Counted from the stretch's first letter, positions 1 through 13,189 are shown. The stretch: 42,585 nt of DNA from Chiloscyllium plagiosum (GCF_004010195.1 NC_057759.1:1931069-1973653); one strand, 5' to 3'. Made by a program: numbers and translations. The notes: generated by a model not told the origin, from the letters alone.

Positions 1-109
1 ATACTCTCCCCACACACACACCCTCTCAAAGGCTTTTTCTCCATCACACATTTTACCAAGCATGCACGCACACTCACGTGCACACACACATGTGCACACG
101 CAAACAGTC

Positions 110-660
110 TCTGATGGACGCACAAACACATACAAGTCTTTCGGGTGAATTTTCATTTGTGAAATTACTTTTGCAGATACATTCTATTGTGCACTTTTTG
201 AGCAAAATCTGCAGGCAGTCAGTCCATATAATATTTTATAAATTCCTACTTTGGAAATTAGAACCAGTCTCACTCAAGATTGGGATATAGACAGACTCTA
301 ACCTCAACTTTCATGCATTTTCTGAGCTGAGATGTTAACTTCCGGTTTTAAAAAATGAGGTATGTCAAGAATATTACTTGAAGGAAGCTCTGGGATTAAT
401 ATATTAAATGAACCAAAACCTGCAACTCATTCTAAAAGATGAAAGACTTACCATATAATGAACAAACCTAGAATACTGTTATCAGTTGCATGACACTAAT
501 CTTTTGCTATAAATTCTGCTTCTCGTGATCCTGCTCCATAGCTACCCGATGAAGGAGCAGTGATCCAAGAGATGGTGCTTCCAAATAAACCTGTTGGACT
601 ATAACCTGGTGTTGTGTGATTTTTAACTTTGTACACCCCAGTCCAACATTATGTGTCCAC
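110..660 (+). mobile_element. Penelope-related non-autonomous repeat with CA-rich head and degenerate hammerhead-type tail
   Basis: Tail CCCGATGAAGGAGCAGTGATCCAAGAG...CTGTTGGACTATAACCTGGTGTTGTGTG resembles Penelope terminal repeats; an inverted copy lies at about 39800-40326. Confidence 0.5.
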
Positions 661-989
661 ATAATTTCCAGTGAACACAGCTCACACCTCCCCCGGTGCT
701 GCTAGTAAACTTTACAATGACAATAAAGCAATGGAGTATGCACTCCTGAAAAAAATTACAATTTCTGATGATACTAACTACTCATTCACTGCTTCTTCTG
801 ATACATGACAGCAGAAACTTAGTGCTGGAGGCTGAAAGAAACGAGCAGCTTTGAAACAAAAGCCTGCAAGATTGCATAGATTTCAAGGTCCGAGTACGAC
901 GGAAAGTTCAAGTAACCTTTATTGCGACCCAGCTTTGTCACTGCTTCAGATCTCCCCAACAAAAAGGTGTGCAAAATGTAGCTGTTTTT

Positions 990-2363
990 TTAAAAATGGC
1001 TCAAGATCAAAGCGCACACACTACCCACCCACCATCTGAGATGGTGAGCGGGCTGTCCCCAGTGTGGACCCGCTTGTTCATCCGCGGGCCGGAGGAATCG
1101 ATTAATCCCTTCCCGTGCTCGGGCAGGTGAATGGCTTCTCTCCCGTGTGGACCCACTGGTGTGTCCGCAAGTTACTAACATGACTGAATGCCTTCCTGCA
1201 TTCGGGACAAGTGAATGGCCGCTCCCCGGTGTGGACCCGCTGATGCATCTGCAGGTCACCCAACTGACTGAATCCCTTCCCGCACTCTGAGCAGGTGAAA
1301 GGCTTCTCTTGTGTGTGGACCCGCTGGTGGGTCAGCAGTGTAGATGACTCAGTGAACCTCCCTCCCGCACACGGGGCACGTCAATGGCTTTTCTCCCACG
1401 TGAACCCGCTGGTGCCTTTGCAGATGTCCCATCTGACTGAATCTCTTCCTGCACACTGAGCAGATGGAAGGCTTCTCCCCGGTGCGGACCTGCTGGTGGA
1501 TCAGGAGTTTAGATGACTCAGTGAACCCCTTCCCACATACTGGGCACATGAACGGCTTCTCTCCCGTGTGGATCCACTGGTGTGTCTGCAGATGGCCCAC
1601 ACTCTGAGCAGGTGAATGGCCTCTCCCCAGTGTGGATCCGCTAGTGGATCAGCAGTGCAGATGAATAAGCGAACCCTTTCCCACGAACCAAGCACGTATA
1701 TGGCCTCTCTCCGGTGTGGACCTGCTGGTGAGTCCGCAGTTTGGAAGAATTCACAAAACCCTTCCCGCACTGAGAGCGGGTGAATGGCCTCTCCCTGGTG
1801 TGGACACTTATGGATCAGTAGTGCAGATGATTGAGCAAATGCCTTCCCACACATGGGGCAAGTGAACAGCATCTCTCCTGTGTGGACCCACTGGTGCTTC
1901 TGCAGATGACCCATCTGACTGAATGCCCGCCCACACACAGAGCAAGTGAAGTTCTCTCCTCAGTGTGAATGTGTCTGTGGGTTTCCTGCACTGATGGGGA
2001 CGGGAATCCTTTCCCACAGTCCGCACATTTCCACAGTTTCCCCATTGGGGGAGCTTCCCTTGTGTCGCTCTGAGTTTGAAATTACAAACAAAATGTGTAC
2101 ACAGTTTCTCCCCACCGTGAGTGATGTCAGTTTGATCCCCTAAGCTGAGTAAACAGTTTGAAGCACATTTTACAGACAGCGCACTGAATCTCCCTCACTC
2201 CGTATTCGTCCTGCCATACCAGTGTCCAAAACCTCTCAAGCAGACAAAAGCAAACATTTCTTCTCGATTTGAATAGCTGCTGATATTCAAGTCCTAATGA
2301 ATCAAGTGGTTCTGTCAGAAGTTGATGTATCATGTGCTTTCAGATTTCTTTCCGCATGTCTTC
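990..2363 (-). pseudogene. C2H2 zinc-finger array exon, disrupted by frameshifts and stops
   Basis: Fingers CxxC-x12-HxxxH with HTGEKPF linkers are spread over several frames (ORFs 1349-1600, 1501-1938, 1815-2045). Splice acceptor ...tttttgcag|GAAGAC on the minus strand at 2364/2363. Confidence 0.85.
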
Positions 2364-3084
2364 CTGCAAAAATAAATTCACAAAATGATTGATCACTTTC
2401 AGTACAGTTAAATAAACATAACATAGGTGGCAATTCTGGTAGATTGCCAGATGCCTGCTGATAACATATTATCAAGGACACAGAAACCTGAAGGCCCGTA
2501 TGTAGCCAGATAGCCTTAAGTGTGTATGGAGGAAAACTTCATTTAGGTGACTAGGACCTGGAACAAAGGTGCTGGAGATGGAGCTGAATCAAAGACATGA
2601 AAATTAAAGGTCAAGGGTGCTTGAGAAAAGAAAGCCAGTACATTTACTGAATGACTTCCTGCTGTCCTATTAAATTAAAAAAAAAACAAGAAATACAGGA
2701 CGTAACTCCATTAGAGGGTGAAGATAATTGCGAAATAGCTTTGACAAAGCCAATAATATCAGCTTTTCACCATACAAAGCAACATACATCTAAATTTTGT
2801 ACCAATGCGGCAAATCCTTAAATCCTGCTCAGTTTGATGAGAAACTATCCTTTTAATTGCAAACATGAGGAAAGAAGCAATCCTTTTCTAGTGATAAACC
2901 AAGGGGATACGCAATGAAAATACTTTTTAAGTGGGACAGAGAGCACGGAGCACCTTTGCAGAGCCTGCTTCCTCCCTGGATTCACTCCAGTTGCTACAAG
3001 GGGGGGGGGGAGGGTGCAGAGTGGGGCCGAGCACAGAGGTGGTTCATGTGTGAAATGAACTTCCTGAGGAAGTTTTGGATGCAA

Positions 3085-3850
3085 GGACAATTAAAACATT
3101 TGGATAATTACATGAATAGGAAAGATTTGGAGGGGTACAAGGCCAGGAGCAAGCAGGACAGACTATTTAGGATTATGGTCCCAAATTTGGGATTATAGTC
3201 AGCATGGACTGGTTTGCACCAAAGGTCTGTTTACCATGCTGTTTAACTCGATAACAGGTTTATAGTTCCATGAAAATGGAGTCAGAGGTAGATAGGATAC
3301 TGAAGGTGGTGTTTGGTATGCTTGTCTTATTGGTCAGTGCATTCAATTCTTGTCTCCCTGCTATAGGACAGGAAAGTTGTAGTAAAACTTGAAAGTGTTC
3401 AGAATAGATTTACAAGGATGTTGCCATGGTTAGAGGATTTGACCTACAGGGAGAGGCTGAATATGCTGTTGCAGTTTTCCCTGGAGTGGAGGCTGATGGG
3501 TGACCTCATAGAGGTTTTTAAAATCATGAGGGGCATGGTAGGGAAAATTGGAAAGTCATTTTCCCCAGCGTGGGGGTACAAAAGGTTTGGAGTGAAGGGA
3601 AAGATTTAAAAGGGACCTGAAGGTCACGCAGTGGGTGGTGTGTGTATGGAGTGAGCTGCCAGCGAAAGTGATGGAGGCAGACACAATTACAACATTTAAA
3701 AGGAATCTGGATGGGTATATGAATAGGAAGGGGTTGGAGCGATATGGGCCAAATGCTGGCAAATGGAACTAGAGTTGCATCGGATATCTTGTCAGCACGG
3801 GCGTGTTGGATCGAAAAGATGTTTTTTTTCCGTGCTGTACATCTATGTCT
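3085..3850 (+). mobile_element. CR1-clade LINE 3' fragments (two adjacent)
   Basis: ORF2 C-terminal motifs RFTRMLP..LTYRERL..GDLIEVFKIMRG, WSELP, and a CR1-type 3' UTR. Confidence 0.8.
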
Positions 3851-4269
3851 ATTTGATAACAGATGCTTTATTTCAGTTGACGTGAGTATTGTTACAAATC
3901 AGAGCAAGGTACTAATATTTAAATATAAGGGAGACAGAATTCCTCAAGAAGGGCACTATAAGAATCCTGGAGTCCCCTATTTCTGGTTTACTTTCTAATG
4001 AACAAACATTAACTACAAGCACCAACTGTACATTTTTTTTTTCCTCACTTTTCTTGTTTTATTCCCTGCTATGATGACATTCTATGTCTGGATGTTTTGA
4101 CAGGCTGGAAGATTGTGGGTTGGGCCTTGAATCAGAAGGTGTAAAAGGGGGTCAAAGATTCAGCAGAGCTGAGAACTGACACCATCTCACTTTGTGGGAA
4201 TAGGCAGATCAACAGAGGACAGAGAAAACAGCACCTGAAATCTGAGCCAATAGCAGACCACCATGTTAT

Positions 4270-4470
4270 CAGTGCTTTGATTATTAGTGCCAATCCTGAG
4301 CTTCTCATTCAACCTGAATGCCATATACCCATTCGATATTCAGAATTCAATCCGTGTCATCCTGAAGCCATGTCTCTGTAAGGAGTCTCAGATCAAAACT
4401 ATTCTCTTTAATGGGTGCAGTCAATTCACTCACTTGTGTGACAATACAGCTTTTAATTTCAATTTTCGTA
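4270..4470 (-). mobile_element. CR1 APE endonuclease N-terminal fragment
   Basis: Translates as ...FDLRLLTETWLQDDTD-WILNI, matching the ITETWL...W.LNI.G endonuclease motif. Confidence 0.6.
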
Positions 4471-4569
4471 ACCTTTTGAATCCAGCTTTGATTCCTGGTA
4501 CATTTATTCTCCTTGTCCCTGTCTATCTTTCTCTGACGTTTATTTTCCACATCACTACTCGCTCACCTG

Positions 4570-5080
4570 CCTTGAATTGGATTGGCCATGCTAAATTGCC
4601 AATACTATCCAGGGATGTGCAGGGGTTAGCCATGGGAAATGCAGGGTTATAGTTTCATAATAATCGATGCAGGAGTAGGCCATTTGACCTGTCGAGCCTG
4701 CTCAGCCATTCATTAAGATCATGGCTGATCTATCCATAGTCTCAGCTCCTCCTACCGGCATTATCCCGACTATCCTTGATTCCTCTACCAAGCAAAAACC
4801 CATCCAACTGTGTCTTGAATATACTTAATGAAGCTGCCTATATTGCTTCCTTGAGCAGAGGATTCCATAGATTCACTGCTGCCTGGGAAAAGCAGTTCCT
4901 CCCCATCTTTATCCTAAATCTGTTCCCCCTTACCTTGAGGCCATGTGTCCTGGAACAGTCTCGCCCACCAGCAGAAACAATTGGATAGAGTAGGAAACGG
5001 TGAGCTTGGCATTTTCTTTGTAGGAGTCAGTGTAGACTTGATGTGCCAAGTGGCCTGATTCCACACTGTATGGCTTCTAT
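4570..5080. mobile_element. SINE fragment (+) split by a CR1 3' fragment (-, about 4655-4985)
   Basis: SINE core GGATTGGCCATGCTAAATTGCC at 4579; SINE tail resumes near 4985; the intervening sequence is a reverse-complement CR1 3' end. Confidence 0.6.
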
Positions 5081-5621
5081 AATTTACTGCAGTTGTGTTT
5101 GCTCTGGGTCATAGCACCCAGAACCTCCCACCGTCTGCAAATCAAAAGACAATCCCACCCTGCCCTCTCATTTTTGTGTTACCTAACTGCTTAATCGTTT
5201 CTAGTGAATACAGCCCACACCTCCCGCTGCTGCCAGTAAACTTTACAATGCTGATGAAACAATGCAATACCTGCAGTATTGAAAATCATAACTCTTTTAA
5301 CAATACCAGTTATTGATTCACTGCTTCTTCTGCTGCATAGCATTGGAAATACAACGTCGCAGGCTGAAAGAAATTAGCATTTTAAAACAAAAACCCACCT
5401 AAAACTTCACTTACTGCCGCTAAATCTGAAAGCACTTCATCCCTATAGTGTAATGAATTCCTACTTTTCACCAAAATCCCAGATCTACTCATTCACGCAG
5501 TTGCTGTCTCAAACAAAAGATTTCATTGTAGCTTTTTCTGCTCCCAGGTCGGGCAAAACATCTTTGAAAGCTGCTCTGCAAGTCCAGTCTTCACAATGAC
5601 ACTTCTTTCACCGAAGACAAT

Positions 5622-6420
5622 TAGAGTCAGACAGCACAGAAACAGATCCTTTGGTCCAACTTGTCAGTGACAAAACGATATCCTAAATTAGTCCAGTCCC
5701 ATTTGCCAGCATTTGGCCCTCTAAACCCTTTCTGTTTACGTCCCCAGATGTCTTTTAAAATGTTATGATTGTACCAGCCTCCACCACTTCCTCTGGCAGC
5801 TGATTCCATACATGCACCATCCTCTGCATAAAAGAGTTGCCCCTCAGGTTCCTTTTAAATCGTTCCCCTCTCACCTCAAACCTGTGCCCTCTAGTTTTGA
5901 ACTCTCCTACCCTGGGGAAAAGATCTTGGCTACTTATCCCATCCCTGCCCCTTATGAACTTCAGTAAGCTCCCTACCCCTCAGCCTCTAATACTCCAGGG
6001 AGAGCAGTCTCAGCTTATTCAGCCTCTCCCTACAGCTTAAAGCTTCCAATGCTGGCAACAGCCTTGTACATCTTTCTTAATCCTTTCAATGTTTCGCAAC
6101 ATCCTTCCTGCTTCAGAAAGACCAGAACTGAAAGCAGTATTCCAAAAGTGGCCTAATCAATGCCCTGTACAGTCGTAACATGACCTCCCAACCACTGTAC
6201 TGAATGCACTAACCAATAAAGGCAAGCATACCAAACACCTTCTTCACTATCCTGTTTAACAGTGCTTCCACTTTCAAGGAACTATGAATATGCATTGCAA
6301 GGTCTCTTTGTTCTGCAACATTCCCCATTAACTGGAAAGCCCTGCCTTACCAAAACACAAAACCTCATATTTATCTAAACTAAACTCATCTGCCATTCCT
6401 CAGCCATCTGATCAATTCTA
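5622..6420 (-). mobile_element. CR1 LINE 3' fragment
   Basis: Reverse complement of CR1 ORF2 end (..LEYCFQFWS.., WNQLPEEVVE) plus 3' UTR. Confidence 0.8.
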
Positions 6421-6569
6421 ATATATAATCAAACGTTCTTTCCTCTACCATTGCCTAAATGCTGAAAATCTCCATCCCACACACACTGCCTCCATTCTCA
6501 ACTTGCTCACCTAATCCCTGCTATATCTCATCCTGAAGGCTCTGGTTCATGCTCATTAACAGGTCCACT

Positions 6570-7460
6570 CTCAGGAGGGAGCTAATTGAAACTGACTGAA
6601 TACTGAATGGCCTCAACAGAATGGACATTGGGAAAATGTTTCCATTGGTAGGAGACACTAGGACCCAAGAGCACAGTCTTAGAGTAAAGTGAAGACCTTT
6701 CAGAACAGAGACAAGGGGTATCTTCTTCAGCCAGACAGTGGTGAATCTATGGAATTCATTGCCACAAAAGGCTTTGGAGGCCAGTCACTGAGTATATTTA
6801 AGACTGAGACAGGTTCTTGAGTGTCAAGGGGATCGAGGTTTATAGGGAGAAATCGAGAGAATGGAGTTGAGAAACTCATCAGCTATGATTGAATGGTGGA
6901 GCAGACGTAATGGGCAGAATGGCCTAATTTATGCTCCTATGTCTTATGGTCTCTTCCTGTCCTGGTCATAGTATTAGAAATGGGAAATGGGAATGAGCCA
7001 TTTGGTCTTTCAAGCCTTCACCAGCATTGAACACATCATTATTGGATATGAATATACCTACATTTAGGTGAATACACTGGGACTCTTTTCACTGGAGAAT
7101 AGGAGGTTGAGCAGTGACCTTACAGAAGTCTATAAAATTATGAGGATTATAGGTGAGTTGAACAGTGGGTGTCCTTTCCCTAAGGTGGGGGTTTCAAGAT
7201 TAAGCAGCAAATTTTGAAGGTGAGAGGAGAAAGATTTTAAGCACCAGTTTTTTTCTTTTTACACAGAAAGTGGTTGGTGTGTGCACTGAATGTCCAGAGG
7301 AAGTGGTGGATGCAGATACAGTTACAACATTTAAAAGACATTGGATAAGTACTCAGAGGGATATGAGTCAAACACTGGTAAGTCGGACTAGATTAGCCTG
7401 AGAACATAGTCAGCATGGACAAGTTGCAACAAATTGTCTGTTTCTGTGATGTATGACTGT
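6570..7460 (+). mobile_element. Two CR1 LINE 3' fragments
   Basis: FFSQTVVNLWNSLP and DLTEVYKIMR motifs; TCTTATGGTC-type tail near 6950. Confidence 0.75.
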
Positions 7461-7629
7461 GTAACTGTTCTGTACGGGTCTTAAAATCATTGTCTTGCCT
7501 TCCCCTCGAACCATCCACTTCGTTATTGTTCGAAAATCTGATTAACTCAGCCTTGAATACATTCAATAACCCCATAACTGCAGGAAGACATCTCCACTTC
7601 TGAACTCAATTCCTCTTGCCTCGCTCATT

Positions 7630-7825
7630 GCTTGCTCCACCTGTCTGACAACTGACTGACTGGAGTAGCAGGATGCTGAGGCACATTTGTACACCCACAC
7701 ATCATTCCTGATGAAATGCTCATGCCCGAAACGTTGACTCGCCTGCTCCTCAGATGCTGCCTGATATGCTGCGCTTTCCAGAACCACACTTTTTGACTCT
7801 GATCTGCCGTCCTCACTTTCTCCAC
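7630..7825 (+). mobile_element. Penelope-like terminal repeat with degenerate hammerhead
   Basis: CCTGATGAAATGCTCATGCCCGAAACGTTGAC...GATGCTGCCTGA..GCTGCGCTTTCCAG. Confidence 0.65.
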
Positions 7826-8359
7826 ATCCCAATGTATCACCATTTAAACAATACACCTCCGTTCTGCCTTTTGTTTTCTACAGCAAAGGAAACAAGTTCT
7901 CACAGTGGAACTTCAATTGCCATGTGTTTGCCAATTGAGACACAGACCTGGACCAACTTTTCCAATCTGTTCCCTCCCTGGATTCACTCTCTTTCCTTTC
8001 AGCTGCTGCAAGTTAACAACCGAACCCCAGAATGAAAATAAATAAATTGAAAATAGACTGCTGTACTCACAGATGTTTAGACAGAGGAAGGAAGCTGCAA
8101 TCTGCTGAAACTCAATCTTCATTCAGAGACAGGAGCAGCAACTTTCCAAGCTTATGGCGAACTTCCACATTCATGTACTATGGGGTGTCTCTGATTGTCA
8201 GGACCAGATTCCTTCCGGTCGTCCAAATCTTCCCATTGGTCCAGAGAGAGAAGGTCTCGGGACATTTCAGCTGAGAGTGAGTGTGCGTACTATTTTGTTG
8301 ACACCGGTGAACTTGCGCAGTGCTTCCTGACACCGAGAAGCATGCGCAATATGTGATGT

Positions 8360-8465
8360 GACGAAAAGAGAAAATGCTGGAAAGTCTCAGCAGGTCCGGC
8401 AGCATCTGTAAGGAGAGAAAAGAGCTGACGTTTCGAGTCTAACTGACCCTTTGTCAAAGCTAAAG
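8360..8465 (-). mobile_element. Penelope-like terminal repeat fragment
   Basis: AATGCTGGAAAGTCTCAGCAGGTCCGGCAGCATCTG...GACGTTTCGAGTC, the same family of motif as the other PLE ends. Confidence 0.6.
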
Positions 8466-8609
8466 AAAGGGTGATGTGACGATGCTAGTGTTCCTGACAG
8501 ATTTAAGTGTCCAAATGCCAATAGCAGAAAAAGAATGGTTGGACCCACAATTAATCTCCCCTTGTGGGTCGATATTTTACTCATTTTGCACTTTGTCTCT
8601 TGCTCAACT

Positions 8610-8930
8610 TTTGTAGCTCTTTTCCCCAAGTTAGAGGAAGTCTAAAACTGGAGGGGCATAGGTTGAGAAAGAAAGGGGAAAACTTTAAAAAGAACCTAAG
8701 GGGTAACTTTTTCACACAGAGGGTGATAGGTGTTTGGAATGAGCTGCCAGAGGAAGTGGTGGAGGTTGATACAATTCCAACATTTAAAAGGTGTCAGGAT
8801 GCATATCTGAATAAGAAGGACTTAGAGGGATATGGACCAAATTTAGGCAAATGGGAGTAGATTAATTTAGGATATCTGATTGGCACAGATCAAAATGTTT
8901 GCTTCCATTCTTTTCAACCCAATGACACTA
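8610..8930 (+). mobile_element. CR1 LINE 3' fragment
   Basis: ORF 8564-8860: GHRL..FKKNLRGNFFTQRVIGVWNELPEEVVE. Confidence 0.85.
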
Positions 8931-10239
8931 TTCCTACATAGTAGGAACCAATTTCACAAGACGAGGAATAGGCCATTCACCCCTTACAGCCTGTCCTTAA
9001 TTGTGGCCTAACTGTGCATATTTCAATACAAGTTTCAGAAAGATGCCTACAGCTTTTTTAAAGGAATTGAACACGCTTTCAGACTTTAATGATGCTTCTG
9101 AATACATTTTAAGTATTCTCAATTTTAAATATCAGCCATTTCTCATGCACCCCAGTCTCCCAGGTAGAGTCATCACCAGTCCATTCTCTCTCTCTTCTTA
9201 GAAGGACTTGATACAGTGATCAACGAGGGCTTGAGGAATGAAAAAGGATGGTGGGGGAAAGAGAGAAAATGGACAGGGGAACAGAGGATGAGGGAAAGAG
9301 AAATACTGGGGGGACTGATGGTGGGGGAAGAGAATGGTGAAGCAGAGAGAGATAATGCAGTGTGCAGAGTGTGAGGAGAGACAGAATAGATGGGGGTGGA
9401 CAGAGGGTGGGGGGAGAGACAGCACAAATCCCACCTTCTTCAGGACTGGTGTCAGAGTCCCATGAACTGGAATCCACTCCTGTCACAGCAGACTTTGGGC
9501 AATCATTTCTCAAGAGAGAATCATATAGTCCATGCAGACTATAGGGAATGGCTGTGTCTATTCACTATTTCGGCACCACTGTCTTTACAAACCCTTTTGA
9601 AAAAAATAAAACAGGGACAACATAACACTGCTACAGAGGCAGAATTGTCCCAATAGCATGCAGCCTGTGATGTTGTTGAGACAGATGTCTTGAAGTTTAT
9701 TAACAACACTCAATATTGCAAGACCTCAGGCTGAGACACATGTGAGTTCTGTGCTTATTGATGCATCACATGAGTATAACATGATTTGAGGCTGACTGCG
9801 TGTCCACACATTGCACTCTGACTACTGAGGTGAAGGAAGAACCTTTGCAGTGGAATGTCACACAGTGTGAGGTGATCCACCTGCCCGAAATGTGCATGTT
9901 CTTTCTGTGAGTCATGCAATGCTACAAGAGAGTTCATCATCCCATCTTCAAAAAGGAAGTAGCCGGATCACGAGTTTTAATCTTTCAAAATGGCCACAGC
10001 AAACTGCAGGATATTCCTCTCTTCATGGAAGCAGAGATAAAAAAGGCAGGGTTGTATAGGCTGCTTGGTTTAACATCAGTCACGGGGGAAAATGCTGCGA
10101 TCAGTCGTGAAGGAAGACAAATGTGACACTAATAAAATCCAGTTCCAATCAGGCAGAGTCGACATTGCTTTGCGAAAGAGACCCACTTAATGGGAGTTTT
10201 ATTTTGATAAAAAAAATAACGTGAATCATTCAATTTGAT

Positions 10240-10770
10240 TTGTTTTGCTTTATTCTTGTTGCGTGTACCTCTGTACAGTGAAAGTGCAGGCAGGTTATGT
10301 AATACAATATGCATTAGGGTAATAGAACAGAGTGAAGAATGAATGTTAAGGCTGCAGAGAGGGTCCAGAAAGGGTGAGATCGATATTAAATTTGAAATTT
10401 GAAGTGTCCATTCTGAAGTTCAATAGCAAAACGGAAAAAGGTGTTCATGAATCTATCGGTCCATCTGTTTACGCTTCTGTATCTTCTGCCCGATGAAAGA
10501 GATGATAACCGGGGTGGGAGGGGTTTTTGATAATGTTGGCTGCTTTCCTGAGGCAGCAGGAAGTACACGTTGAGTCAATGGATGGCAGCTTGGCTTGTGT
10601 GATGGACTGGGCTGTGTTTAGAACTCTCTGTAGTTTCTTATGGTCCTCGGCACAGCAGTTGCCATACTAAGCCACGATATCTGGATAGAATTCTTTCTTC
10701 GGTGCATCTTTTAAATTCGGAAGAGTCTTTACAGATATGCTGAACCTCCTTAGCCTCCTGAGCTAGGATA
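10240..10770 (-). mobile_element. Rex1/Babar- or L2-type LINE 3' fragment
   Basis: ORF 10386-10568: LSSGRRYRSVNRWTDRFMNTFF, a typical C-terminus of these LINE ORFs. Confidence 0.65.
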
Positions 10771-11121
10771 AGTGAGTGATCGAAGGTCTGACATTTGGAG
10801 TACAATGTTAATAAATGTGAAGTCATCCATTTAAGTAGGAATAAGAGTAAAAAGGACAATTACTTGAACGGTAAAAAATTGTAGCATGCTAGTGTGTAGA
10901 GGGACCTGGGTATCCTTGTGCATGAATCACAGAAGGTTGGTATGCAGGTACAAAAGGTAATTAAGAAGGCAAATAGAATGTTGTCATTCGTTGCGAAAGG
11001 GATAAAGTTTAGAAGCAGGGAGGGTATGTTATAGCTGTATAGGCTGCTAGCTCGGCCACCCCTCAGTACTGAAAATGTGTTGCTGGAAAAGCGCAGCAGG
11101 TCAGGCAGCATCCAAGGAGCA

Positions 11122-11162
11122 GGAGAATCGACGTTTCGGGCATAAGCCCTTCTTCAGGAATG
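11122..11162 (-). ncRNA. Minimal hammerhead ribozyme motif (PLE-associated)
   Basis: Minus strand reads CATTC-CTGAAGA-A-GGGC-TTAT-GCCC-GAAA-CGTC-GATTC: CUGANGA core, 4-bp helix II, GAAA, GUC triplet. Confidence 0.65.
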
Positions 11163-11589
11163 AGGAAAGTGTGCCCAGCAGGCTAAGATAAAAGGTAGGG
11201 AGGAGGGACTTGGGGGAGGGGCTGTGCAAATGCGATAGGTGGAAGGAGGTCAAGGTGAGGGTGATAGGCCGGAGTGGGGTGGGGGCGAGAGGTCAGGAAG
11301 AAGATTGCAGGTTAGGAAGGCGGTGCTGATTTCGAGGGATTTGACTGAGACAAGGTGGGGTGAGGGGAAATTAGAAAACTGGAGAAATCTGAGTTCATCC
11401 CTTGTGGTTGGAGGGTTCCTAGGCGAAAGATGAGGCGCTCTTCATCCAACCGTCGTGTTGCTATGGTCTGGCGATGGAGGAGTCCAAGGACCTGCATGTC
11501 CTTGGTGGAGTGGGAGGGGGAGTTGAAGTGTTGAGCCACGGGGTGGTTGGGTTGGTTGGTCCAGGTGTCCCAGAGGTGTTCTCTGAATA

Positions 11590-12105
11590 GACAGGTACAT
11601 TATAGTCAGATGGACAGCTGTTCTCTGTATTATACACAAGGACAGCTGTTGTCTATTATACACAGGGCCTGCTGTTCTCTATATGATACACAGGGACAGC
11701 TGTTGTCTATAATAGGCAGCGACTGCTGTTCTCTAATGTACGCAGATACTGTTGTTTTCTATATTAGACACACGGGCTGCTGTACTCTTTATAAAGGGAA
11801 TGATGTTCTTTATATTATACCCAGGGACAGCTGTTCTCTGTATTGTGCACAGGGGCTGCTGTTCTCTCTGTTGCATGCCGGGACTGCTGTACTCTTTATT
11901 ATACACAGGGGCTGCAGTTCTCTATATTATACACATGAACATCTGTTCTCTGTATTATACACAGGGTGTCACTTTCTCGATATTAAACACAGCCTCTGCC
12001 ATTCTCTGTTTCATAGTCAGGTCCTGCTGTTATCTGGATTATACACAGGGACTGCTGTTCTCTATATTAGACATGGGAACTGCTGTTCTCTATATTATAC
12101 ACGGG
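11590..12105. repeat. Degenerate ~28-bp minisatellite (CTGTTCTCTATATTATACACAGGGACAG-like)
   Basis: About 18 diverged units are visible; they produce the low-complexity ORFs 11547-12437 and 11752-12138. Confidence 0.85.
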
Positions 12106-13189
12106 GACGAGGCAGCGCTGATACAGTCATCGATGTAGCAGAGGAAAAGGTGGGGGGTGGTGCCAGTGTAGCTGCGGAAGATGGACTGTTCCACATATCC
12201 TACGAAGAGGCAGGCACAGCTGGGGCCCATGCGGGTGCCCATGGCTACTCCTTTGGTTTGGAGGAAGTGGGAGGATTGGAAAGAGAAGTTGTTCAGGGTG
12301 AGGACCAGTTCAGTCAGTCGAAGGAGGGTGTCAGTGGAAGGGTACTGGTTGGTACGGCGGGAAAGGAAGAAGCGGAGGGCTCTGATCTCCAGCATCTGCA
12401 GTCCTCACTTTCACCCGAGTACTGCGTGCAGTTTTAGTCTCCTTGCTGAAGAAAGCATGTGCTGAAACTGGAGGGTGTGCAGAGGAGGATCACTAGTTGA
12501 TTCCAGGGTTGAGGTAGTTGGCTGATGAAGAAATCTGAGTAGACAGTGATTATATTCATTGGGAGTTTAGAAGTTTGAGGTAGGATCTTATGGAAACATA
12601 TAAAGTTATGAAGGGAATAGATAAGACAGGCGTAGAGAGGATTTTGCCACTTGTGGGTGAAACTGGGACAAGAGTGCATAGCCTCAAAATTAGGGGTAGC
12701 AGGTTTATGACAGAAATGAGAAAGAACTTCTTTGCCCAGAGGGTTGTGAATCTGTGGAATTCCTTGCCCAGTGAAGTACTTGAGACTTCCTCAGTAACTG
12801 TTTTTAAAGCTAAGATAGATACGTTTTAAAACAATGATGGAATGAAGGGTTATGGCGAGAGGGTGCGCAAGTGGAGCTTAGGCCATGAAAGGATCAGCCA
12901 CAACAATTTGAATGGTAAAATTGGCTCGAAGGGCCAGACCGCCCACAATTGCTCCTAGTTCTTATGGAATGGAGGAACCCATGGTTGCCCTTCTATTCCA
13001 GAAGTCGGATTGTCCCACATTGATAGTCATCATTTCAAATGTTCAGATCATTTAACAATATTAATGTTGAATTAACATTAACAGCATTATTGAATGAACA
13101 GGAAAGAAAGTCGTCAAAACGTTTAAAATTGTCAAGAGGTGATGAATGGGATACAATGCAAGTGCTTCCGTTTTGTTTTTCAATATCTG

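Larger units (their letters stand above)
11072..12417 (-). mobile_element. Penelope-like retroelement remnant (RT fragment, GIY-YIG C-terminus, terminal repeat, inverted terminal-repeat stub)
   Basis: ORF 12090-12395 has GVAMGTRMGPS..YIDD (PLE RT). ORF 11312-11539 has RRLDEERLIFRLGTLQPQGMN (GIY-YIG tail). Opposite-orientation stub TCTGATCTCCAGCATCTGCAGTCCTCACTTTC at 12381-12412. Confidence 0.85.
10775..12966 (+). mobile_element. CR1 LINE 3' fragment split by a Penelope insertion (pieces 10775-11071 and 12418-12966)
   Basis: KCEVIHL..RDLGILVH..LY..LARPP, then EYCVQF..FAQRVVNLWNSLP; AGTACTG is duplicated at 11065-11071 and 12418-12424. Confidence 0.8.

Noticed and set aside
11547..12437. 296-aa Cys/Tyr-rich ORF
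   Set aside because: It is read-through of the 28-bp minisatellite plus the antisense strand of a Penelope RT.
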